Source: Antedon mediterranea (lineage: Eukaryota > Animalia > Echinodermata). From it: a stretch of DNA of 64,000 bases. The notes under the pieces were generated by a model. It saw only the letters and a list, made by a program, of their open reading frames with translations. It was not told where the DNA came from and made no database searches. The stretch spans positions 12,088,352 to 12,152,351 of the forward strand of contig NC_092678.1 of NCBI RefSeq assembly GCF_964355755.1, in the 5' to 3' direction. Shown piece by piece: positions 28,301-40,300 of the stretch. Position 1 is the stretch's first letter. Each line of letters opens with the position of its first letter. The position numbers and the translations under genes were made by a program.

Positions 28301-31300
28301 CTAAATTTTAACTAGATTTGAACTATTACGAGACCCATCTTTTAATCAAATTTTTAACATGACCGACAGACCGACCGACATAGTGAACTACAGAATTTAT
28401 CAAGGGGTTATTATTTTTTAATTTTTCTATTTTTAATTTAGAAAGACGACACAAGTTTACCAAACAGTTAAAAAGATGATGGATTACTATTGTATAATGG
28501 ATCAGTCCAGCTGCCACCAATACAATAATATAAACAGTAAGGACTATTTTTATGTAAATTAGATTATTAGCAATTCACTGGAAATGATTCATAATTAAGG
28601 TCACATTTTGTGTCCTGTTCAGGAATACAATATTAAATAAAACATCTTAAAATTATCATGTCAAAATTTTTTGAATTTGTACTTTTTAATTCATGATTAC
28701 GTTCTTGTGTGTAGTACTGTAGCTGTACTATGACCTTCTACCAATTCATGATTATGTTCTTGAGTAGTACTGTACTATGACCTTCTACCAATTCATGATT
28801 ACGTTCTTGTGTAGTAGTAAGTAGTACTGTACTATGACCTTTTACCATAAAAGTGAAATTAAATAAACAAAACAAACTGTTTTTATGACTTTGTGGTTAG
28901 CTGATTTCCTTGCTTGGCCTATCCCTGATCATAATATTTTATTTGATAACATTTTTCTTTACAAATTAATAATGTGACTAATTTGTTTTAATGGTTTTAT
29001 ACAATAAATGACACCTCTAGTTTGGGCTACAGTAGCAAACAGCAATACCATCGTATGACACCTCTAGTTTGGGCTACAGTAGCAAACAGCAATACCATCG
29101 TATGACACCTCTAGTTTGGGCTACAGTAGCAAACAGCAATACCATCGTATGACACCTCTAGTTTGGGCTACAGTAGCAAACAGAAATACCATCGTATGAC
29201 ACCTCTAGTTTGGGCTACAGTAGCAAACAGCAATACCATCGTATGACACCTCTAGTTTGGGCTACAGTAGCAAACAGAAATACCATCGTATGACACCTCT
29301 AGTTTGGGCTGTAGCAAACAGCAATACCATCGTACGACACCTCTAGTTTGGGCTACAGTAGCAAACAGCAATACCATCGTACGACACCTCTAGTTTGGGC
29401 TACAGTAGCAAACAGCAATACCATCGTACGACACCTCTAGTTTGGGCTACAGTAGCAAACAGCAATACCATCGTATGACACCTCTAGTTTGGGCTACAGT
29501 AGCAAACAGCAATACCATCGTATGACACCTCTAGTTTGGGCTGTAGCAAACAGCAATACCATCGTATGACACCTCTAGTTTGGGTTACAGTAGCAAACAG
29601 CAATACCATCGTATGACACCTCTAGTTTGGGCTACAGTACCAAACAGCAATACCATCGTATGACACCTCTAGTTTGGGCTGTAGCAAACAGCAATACCAT
29701 CGTATGACACCTCTAGTTTGGGCTACAGTAGCAAACAGAAATACCATCGTACGACACCTCTAGTTTGGGCTGTAGCAAACAGCAATACCATCGTATGACA
29801 CCTCTAGTTTTAGTCCAGTCAATCTATGACAAAAAAGGGCGTAACCCAAAACAAATTGCAATAGTTTCCAAACCTTTTTTATTTGATTCTATAAGCATCT
29901 GGGAAGATCATTTCCAAAATCTACCAAAATCGGTTCAGTGGAACATACTTTTTAAGGGGTTTTAAGGTCATAGGGGTCAAATTACACATTTTTCTATTTT
30001 GAAAACTACTAGGCGTAGCATGTTAATTTTGGTGTCAAACTATTCAGAAGACCCATATTTATATGTACTCTAATGAAACCTTTTTACCAAAAATTACAGG
30101 AAAGCATGTTTTTGACCTTTGACCTATTTTATTGTATATTTTCGTATATTCGTATCTTAGTAACCAGTGGGCGTAGATGAGCGTTATTTGCGTCAAACTA
30201 CTCAGAAGGTCAATGTTTATATTAGTTCTAATGGAAAAGATTCGTGTAAAATGACCGGAAGTCATTATTTTGACCTTTGACACATATTCATTATTTTAGA
30301 TTTCTCAGTAACTACATTTTTTATATCTCAGTAACCACTAAGCACAACTTCGTCAATTTTGTGTCAAAAGATTCAGAAGACTCATATTTATATTCACTAT
30401 AGGCCTAATGAAATAGTTTTTAAAAAAATGGATAGAAACTATGTTTTTGACCTTTGACCTATTATACCAGTATATTTGTTTATATTTACTCTAATGAAAA
30501 CAAATGCAAATGTACAATATAACCGAAAATCATTATTTTGACCGTTAACATTTTCTAGTCGTGTCATGAATAAATCCCGGGTCTCGAGTATAACATTTTA
30601 AATTTGACCAAATAATAAGTGCGGCGATCTGACAGACGTTGGGCTGGAATATCAACTGATCTTGCCATAGAACAGTGTCTTATGCGTAGCATAAAAACAA
30701 GAGGAGGTCTAACAACAGGGCGAGGATTAACAGAAATTCAAAGACTTGTCTGGGTCCTTTCAACTCCAGTCTGTGCCAAGATCAATCATTCAATGCAAGA
30801 GTTCACTAACGTGTTGTATACTACCAGTGAACAACATAAAGAAACAACATATGCCAGAAAGATGAAGGACCTCAGTGATGTACAAGACATATCAAGGTAT
30901 CTGACACAGCGAAATCCATTCAATACAGACAGTACAAAATCACTGACAAACATTGCAACTGGAGTGACGGCACATATCAATGTAGACTGTGACAATGCCA
31001 AGCATGTAGCAGGCCCGTAGCCAGGGGGGTTTTTATAACCCCCCTTTACAGCGACCCCCCCCCCCCCTTAACCGACTGCGAACCCCTATCCCCGACATCC
31101 ACAATACCTCACCACACCCTCATCTCTGAAAATCCTCCAAATACGTGCCCCACAATACAAAAGGTTGTTTGTAAATTGAAAAATTTGTAAACTCGTTCGT
31201 GAATAACTCATACCTTATTGTTAAACAAATGAATTGGTTGCCGATTTTCACATGAAAAATAATACGAATTTTTGGTCCCAGGATGTAACATGATATTGAC

Positions 31301-34300
31301 GCGAGCTTGGGCACGAACGAATCGTACAAAGAACACCGCTAGACAACCGCGTACCTATTGTTTCGATCACTGGCAGTCAGCATGCATAAAGTATATAGCC
31401 TTCCGACGTACATCAAAAAATGGAACGCTGCGGTTACCTACAATATTTATGTGTGGCTATGAAGTATAGTGTATCATCATCATAGAGGATTATAGTGAAT
31501 TTAATATATTACACTATAATATCTATGGTATCATGTACTGTAGTTTACATTAGGCCTATGGCATTCGATTATTTTTTTCTAGACCACCAGCCGATACGTA
31601 GGCCTACTCAACTGTATCAATACCACCTATTTACATTGATATATTTAGTTTCCTCAACAAATTGCTGTAAATAAATATAGATAGAGCTATCAGGGGCGGT
31701 CGCAGGACTATTTTAAGAGGGTTGCCCAAAGACTCCAGGGCTGTAGACACTGAGTATTTGAGCAAGCAAATTGTTAAATGACACCCCTAGATGGCCGCAA
31801 ATAGTACTCTCGCACGTAAATTTATGATAATTTTTTTTTCGTTCAATGCAAACGTCACGGGGAAGTCTCCGATTAAGGTACTTTTGGTACGGTAATACAT
31901 TCTAATAACTGTACTCAATTAATGTAAATTAATTATCAATTAATAATTTTAAAAAGTTGTACAAAAAATATGAAGCAGTTGCTATAAATATATTGAGCAA
32001 AAGGTTAAATTGTATAATTTGGAATTTTAATTCATTTAAAAATGCTAAATAAAGTCAGATGTTAAAACCACATTTTCCAAAAATTCATTTTCATTTATCC
32101 ACTATAAACTTTACAAAAGTGTTGTTTTAAACCACACTCCAAATAAAACAAAGAAAATAATGATAGGAAATTTGCAGAAAGAAGCAAACTTTGCTCTGTT
32201 ACCGGTATAACACGGTTCAAATTTTGGAACGTCTATAAATTACTAAGGAAATTCGGCCTATTTACGACGAACGTACGGAAATGAAGATAAATAGGGTACT
32301 ACAGGCATCGGAAATACAACACTATACGCACAATTATGATTTGGCCTAAAAATTGGCCTTAGATTATGGAAAACCCCCGGCAAAACGCAATAATTATGGA
32401 CAAATCGATTATTAGCCTTGGCAATATGCCTAATATTTAAAAGGAATGAATATAGGCTATATTTCGTTTGTCGATGAATTTTTTAAATCATGTGTGAATG
32501 ATTGATCCATTAGAGGTAATCTGTGATGGTTCTAGTAACACTGCTATGCGTACGTAATTTGTGAATAACGTAGTAGTATGCTACATACACGAGCCTAGAT
32601 AGGGAGGATCTGTACTGTCGTTCATTGCGAGAGGAGGGGGAAGTCCGGTAATGTGTCATGAAAAATGTAACAAGCCAGAGATGAAATAAAATTACTAACA
32701 TTTAGCTGATTGTCGTTGTTTTAGTCGTCGTCAGAAGTTTATCGACCGACATCTATTTCTCATGTGTAAAGTAGAGCGTTTCTTTGATTGAATAATTTTT
32801 TTTGTATTATAACACAAGTTCATTTTGGATTTTCAGTAAATTACCAATGGTTTATTCAAATTCAAACTGTAACTAATCCCTCACTATTCAATCAAAATGT
32901 TATTATACTACTATATTGTTGAAAAATGGATTGCGTGACATGAAAATAGATTGATAGTAAAATGTAATAAAGACACGTTCTTGTCTGGTTATTAGGTATG
33001 CATGCTCTGATAAAGCAGAGGATTATTTTTGTAGCGTTCCATTTAAAATAGATTTTATTACAAAGAAATATTTTGGTTGTGAAGGTCGTTTTAACAATTA
33101 GGCTAATATCAAAACATTCAACAATGATAAAATGCCCTGCAACTCTGTAACTACTTTATGACTAAGCCTATCAAGTTCCGTGTCCGGATGGTATACGATG
33201 AAATGGAACTCAATTTCAATTTAGTGGCAGAAACAACATTTAGTATGAAATTAATTAAGGCTGTTGCCCGGGCCACAAGGGAAACACAGTGACAGTGGGA
33301 CAGTGACCCAAATACTTAGTGTCCGAACCCCCCCTTGACAGATCCTGGCTACGGCCCTGTGTAGGTCAACAAATTGTGCAATCAATGACAAACCAAAAGG
33401 TCGCCGACTACACATTTCGGAAAAAGAGCCAATCCATTACAATGAACTCTAAAAGCGCATTGAAGATAAAAGATGATGTGGTCAATGTAGATCCTTTACT
33501 TCTATTTCAACGACTTGTAACTGCCGGCACAAGATGCGATAATGTATCAGATATATTTAGATTGTTTGAATCACCAGATATGATGAGGTCTGCAAATAAA
33601 GCTAGTTTAGCTGATAGTTTGTGGTCAACAGCAATCGAGGTTGCTCCAGAACCTCCTGATCAAATTCAGTACGTCTTAGATGGAGGAGCACTACTTCATA
33701 AAATTCCATGGACAAGAGGGGCTTCAGGGGTGACATTATGAGAGTATACACTAAATATGTTTCTCACAAATATGGAAAACCCATTGTTGTTTTTGATGGG
33801 TACGATAACTCACTAAGTACAAAAGACTGTACACATACAAGGAGAAGTGGTGGTGGTGGTGTAGCTGTACACTTTGACAAATCTATGACCTTACAAACCA
33901 AAAAAGAAGAATTTCTGTCAAACGTTCAAAACAAACAAAGATTCATTAAGATTTTGGGAAATAGTCTTGAAAAAGAAGGTTGTACTGTTCACCACGCAGA
34001 AGCTGACGCTGACTATCTTGTGTCGAAGATGGCTCTGTCATGTGCAGAACAAATAGGCACGGTTGTCATCGCAGATGATACAGATATCCTGGTCCTCCTT
34101 ATCCACCATGGTGGTCACACCAAACATAATGTATGGTTCAAGCCAAACCAAAGGAAAGAAACTAAAAAGGTGCAACGATGTTGGAACATTGCGGCAACAA
34201 GACTTGACCTTGGCAGTGATGTTTGTAAATATATCCTATTTTGTCACGCGTTCCTTGGATGTGACACGACATCGCGATTTTTTGGTATTGGGAAAATCAA

Positions 34301-37300
34301 AGCAGTAACTAAAGTAAGAAGTGACTGTTTCTTTTCTGAACAAGCCAAAGTGTTTATGACTTGTATAGGCAAACAGACAGGAGGTAATTGCAGCGGGTAA
34401 TAACGCCATTTTGTCTTTGTATGGTAGCAGCGATAATGAAAACCTAGATGAATTGAGGTTTCGTAAATTTCATGAAAAAACTACATGCAGTACTAAAGCA
34501 GTTCATCCACGTTCTTTACCCCCAACGGCATCAGCGGCAAAGTATCATAGTCCAAGGGTGTACCAACAAGTTCAAGTTTGGCTTGGAAATGAAGAAAATG
34601 TACCTCCAGATAAATATGGATGGAAGATCAGCCAAGGCAGAATGATACCATATTTGACGGACAACCCCGCAGCACCACAATCGCTCCTACAAATCATAAG
34701 ATGCAAATGCAAAACAGGCTGCTATAATATGAAATGCAGCTGTAGGAACAATGGATTAGATTGCTCCATGGCATGTAGTGAGTGTCGAGGTGTATGCGCA
34801 AACATTTCAATAGATGATAATGAATATACCGATTCTGAAGATTCAACAATGGGTTTGTAAAATCAGACAATTGGTAAATATTCTCAACCAGGCCTATTTG
34901 GATATTTTTCTGTTTTGTGTGTTTTTAGAGTAAATATAAACAGAATAATGAATAGTTAAATGTTATCTTGGGTGCTGATCTATGAAGAAATATAACACCA
35001 ATATATTGCCCCAATTACTAAACGTTTTCTGGATAGACATCAAAGGTCAAAATAATTACTTTCACATTGACTATATACACAGACATTTTTTATTAGAGTG
35101 GATATCCTTCTGAGTTGTTTGACACAAAAAATGCTCATCTAAACCCATAGTTCACAAAGATACAAATATATAAATATAATAGTTGAAAGCTTCCGGTCAT
35201 TTTCTGTAAAAATAGTTTCATTAGAGTAAATAAATATGGTTCTTCTGAATTGTTTAACACAAAAGTTACGCTTATTGGTCACCGAGATACAAAAAATAAA
35301 TTTAGTGAGATATGAAATAAAGAATATATGTTAACGGTCAAAACGATGACTTTTTCATTAGAGTGAATATAAACATAGACCTTTTGAATATTTTGACACA
35401 AAAAATGCTCATCTACGCCCATTGGTTACAAAGATATGAATATACCAATATAATAGGTCAAAGGTCAAAAGAGTAGTTTCCGGTCATTTTTTTGTAAAAA
35501 GTTTTATTAGAGTGAATATAAATAAGGGTCTTCTGAATTGATTAACACAAAAATTACGAAGTTACGACTATTGGTCACCGAGATACAAAAAATTTAATTA
35601 GTGAAATAATATAAAATAATGAATATATGTCAAAGGTCAAAATGATGTCGTCTGGTCATAATACACAAAACGTTTTCATTAGAGTGAATATAAACATAGA
35701 CCTTCTGGGTATTTTGACACCAAAAACGCTTGTTTACGCCCAGTGGTTACCGAGATATGAATATGCCAAAATAATAGGTCAAAGGTCAAAAACATGGATT
35801 CTGGTCATTTTTGATAAAAAACTTTCATTAGAGTGAATATAAATATGGGTCTTCTGAATTGTTTGACACCAAAATTACCAAGTTCGGCCAAGCGGTTCCG
35901 AGATATACAAATATATAATTTGACCCTCATGACCTCTTGACCCCTTAAAAAAGTATGTTCCACTGAACCGATTTTGGTAGATTTTGGAAATGTTTCTTCC
36001 AGGAACATATAGAATCAAATAAAAAAGGTTCGGAAACTATTGCAATTTGTTTTGGGTCTATCGGTAGATTGACTGGACTATTTGGGCTACAGTAGCAAAC
36101 AGCAATACCATCGTATGACACCTCTAGTTTGGGCTACAGTAGCAAACAGAAATACCATCGTATGACACCTCTAGTTTGGGCTGTAGCAAACAGCAATACC
36201 ATCGTACGACACCTCTAGTTTGGGCTACAGTAGCAAACAGCAATACCATCGTATGACACCTCTAGTTTGGGCTGTAGCAAACAGCAATACCATCGTATGA
36301 CACCTCTAGTTTGGGCTACAGTAGCAAACAGCAATACCATCGTATGACACCTCTAGTTTGGGCTACAGTACCAAACAGCAATACCATCGTATGACACCTC
36401 TAGTTTGGGCTGTAGCAAACAGCAATACCATCGTATGACACCTCTAGTTTGGGCTACAGTAGCAAACAGAAATACCATCGTACGACACCTCTAGTTTGGG
36501 CTGTAGCAAACAGCAATACCATCGTATGACACCTCTAGTTTGGGCTACAGTAGCAAACAGCAATACCATCGTATGACACCTCTAGTTTGGGCTACAGTAG
36601 CAAACAGCAATACCATTGTATGACACCTCTAGTTTGGGCTACAGTAGCAAACAGAAATACCATCGTATGACACCTCTAGTTTGGGCTGTAGCAAACAGCA
36701 ATACCATCGTATGACACCTCTAGTTTGGGCTACAGTAGCAAACAGCAATACCATCGTATGACACCTCTAGTTTGGGCTACAGTAGCAAACAGCAATACCA
36801 TCGTATGACACCTCTAGTTTGGGCTGTAGCAAACAGCAATACCATCGTACGACACCTCTAGTTTGGGCTACAGTAGCAAACAGCAATACCATCGTATGAC
36901 ACCTCTAGTTTGGGCTACAGTAGCAAACAGCAATACCATCGTATGACACCTCTAGTTTGGGCTACAGTAGCAAACAGCAATACCATCGTATGACACCTCT
37001 AGTTTGGGCTACAGTAGCAAACAGCAATACCATCGTATGACACCTCTAGTTTGGGCTACAGTAGCAAACAGAAATACCATCGTATGACACCTCTAGTTTG
37101 GGCTACAGTAGCAAACAGAAATACCATCGTATGACACCTCTAGTTTGGGCTACAGTAGCAAACAGCAATACCATCGTATGACACCTCTAGTTTGGGCTAC
37201 AGTAGCAAACAGCAATACCATCGTATGACACCTCTAGTTTGGGCTACAGTAGCAAACAGCAATACCATCGTATCCCGCACCTCTAGTTTGGGCTACAGTA

Positions 37301-40300
37301 CCAAACAGCAATACCATCGTATCCCGCCTATTTTTTCCGCCAGTAAAACACATGCGACTACTAACAATAAGATACATTTTTTTTCGTATCCGGATATTCA
37401 CCCCCTGGACATTTACCCGCCGGAAAACTACCCCCGGACAACCACCACCTGGACCACTACCCCCTTAGGACAACTACCCCTTTAGGACAACTACCCCCCG
37501 GACAACTACACCCTTAGGACAACTACACCCTTAGGACAACTACCCCCTTAGGACAACTACCCCCCTGGACAACTACCCACCGGACAATTACCCCCGGACA
37601 ATTACCCCCCCCCCCCCACCGGGTAATTACCCCGCGGACAACTACCTCTGACACAATACTCCCCGTAGGACAACTACTTCCTGGACAATACTCCGAGGAC
37701 AAATAATCTTTTAGGACAACTACCTCCGTAGGACAACTAACCCCTGGACAATTACCCCCTAGGAACAATTACCCCCGGAGAATTACCCCCCCCCCCCCCC
37801 ACCCCGGGTAATTACCCCGCGGACAACTGCCTCTGACACAATACTCCCCGTAGGACAACTACCTCCTGGACCTGGACAATACTCCGAGGGCAAATAATCT
37901 TTTAGGACAACTACCACCGTAGGACAACTAACCCCTGGACAACTACCACCCAGAAAACTATCCCTTTAGAACAACTACCCCCGGACGGACAACTACCACC
38001 CAGACCATTCAACAACCTGACTCTGCAACAGCGTATAATAGGAATTAATAACTATATTTTAATTCGTTACTTTGACGAATTACTATTCATTATTGTAAAC
38101 AAAAGTAAAAGATTGAACATAAATATAGCCTGGTATAAACTGAAGATTGTCACACATGATCATAGGATAGTCGAACGTATTATATAGTACTCCCTGTATT
38201 TACTGTAAACTAAAAGACTGGGTTCGCTAATAATAATAATAATTTTTGCGTCAGGACAATGCTTCGATAACCACTGGTGGTCTTAAAAGAATTAATTTTT
38301 GTCTCAAATTTGTCATTTGTATTGTGTATTGTGTAGTTGAACGGGGGGTAGTTGACCGGGGGGTAGTTACCCGGGGTAGTTACCCGGGGGGTTGTTATCC
38401 TAAGGGGGTAGTTGTCCTAAGGGGGTAGTTGTCCGGGGAGTAGTTGTCCTAAGGGGGTAGTTGTCCGGGTGGTAAACATCCGGGGGTAACTGTCTAGGGG
38501 GTAGGTGTCCTAGAACCATTTTTTTTGCATTCAATGTGAACGCCAGAGGAATTCCCCGACAAAGACATTACTGGTGGTAAGGTAATAAATTCTAGCAATT
38601 ATAATAAATTAATTATTATTATCAATTAATAATTTAAAAAATATGAAGCTGCTGCTCTAAATATATTGAGCAAAACGTTAAATTGTTTTATTCTGAAATA
38701 ATGCTATAGTATTAAATTAAACACCGTAATTTCAAAGTTCGGAACGTCCATAATTACCACAGATATTCGACCCAATATTACGGGAAATGAAGATAAATAG
38801 GGTACTACGGAAATACTTAAATGATGATGGGGAATCTCCACCGGCAAAATGCAATAATTATGGACAAATCAACAACCCATATGACAGGGTTTTCCATGAA
38901 CACAGTGTGTAGTGGCCTTTCGTACCTTCTCATGACGCACACAAGCAATCCAAACAGTCAGAAATTTATTCTGAGCAAAAAAAGTATGCTGACCACCGGT
39001 AAATTTTGCGGGGTATTTTTGACTGCTGGTTAATTTTATGCTGCAAATTCTATCAATTTATAGACTCTTCCAACCCTGGACTTCTATAACGTTAAATGGT
39101 TATTATTATGATTAAATGTAATATATATTTTAATTTAGTAGCAGAAAAATCATTTACCGGGCAATTAGGGGAACTACAGTAACTTGAATCAAAGCTCAAA
39201 ATTATGTTATGATTGGTTTACTATCAGTCTTTAAATCAATATGTAAATAAAACATACACACAAGTTAAGTACATTAGGTTTTTATCACAGTTTACTTGAT
39301 TGTATAGTATTAGTAGTACTTGTAAAAGTAGATTTGAACTGATGATAATGAAACAGTTTAACATAGACAATGATATCACTATCAATCGGTTAGAAGTGTT
39401 TGTTTACTCTTGTTAGATATAGTACTGATGATAGTAAATAGATGTTTTATTTTACTATGCAATGCCTTGGAAATATTCAATTACACATTGACAATTGACT
39501 TCTGGACAACTACTGTACACACTAGGTAGGACAAGACAATTCCATAGACAGCTATCACATATGCACAACTCACTTGATACCTATAAACTCACTAGACATC
39601 TATACTCTGGACACCTATTACTAAACACCTTTACCCTGGATCCCTACTCAATAGACAAAAACACTCATTAAACACCAATACACTGGATCCCTACTCACTT
39701 GATACATAAACTCACTGGACTCACTAGACACATACACTTATCACCTTTACCCTGGACAAAGCTAGCAGCTACACACAATTATCGAATAGACAATCTACTG
39801 TACTCTCTAGGTTCTGGTTAGAGTTAGCATGGGTACAGTAGTCCTAGTTAGGGTAAGTTTGTAAAGCTTAGATACATTGAAATCTAAAATACTTTATTGA
39901 ATACACTTCTTTTGTGCCACTTAATTAGGGTCAAAGGTCAATAATTGCATTTCCGGTTATTATTTTGGAAAATATTTCAGTAGAGTAAACAGAAAGTAGT
40001 ATGTTGTGAACAATCTAAGATCAAAATGAAGTGTCTACGTCCACTGGTTATGGAGATACAACACTTCCGATTAATTAGGGTCAACGGTCAGATATGGCAT
40101 TTCCGGTCATTTTGGCGGAAAATGTTCCATTAGAACTAATATGAAGTTGTATATTATTACAATTTGAGACCAAAAACAAGTCTCTACAGTCTAAGCTAGA
40201 TACATTGAAATCTAAAATACTTTATTGAATACACTTCTTTTGTGCCATTGTACAATTGTGTCAGGTTACTGTTATTGTTAAAAACATAGTGCCTGGAAAT

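Larger units (their letters stand above)
29811..36080 (+). mobile_element. Academ-type (XPG/FEN-like nuclease + Cys-rich) DNA transposon, internally deleted
   Basis: Termini TAGTCCAGTCAATCTA...TAGATTGACTGGACTA, several hundred bp of imperfect TIR, and a TTT target duplication. Coding remnants carry LDGG, FDGY, EADAD, DDTD, GCD and CKCKTGC..CSC..C..C..C motifs. Confidence 0.82.

Noticed and set aside
29008-37325. CRISPR-like arrangement: repeat arrays flanking a nuclease-like gene
   Set aside because: Units are head-to-tail with no unique spacers; the middle is a TIR/TSD-bounded transposon in eukaryotic intron DNA.
37523-38428. Gly/Val/Pro-rich short ORFs
   Set aside because: Translations of foldback element repeats.
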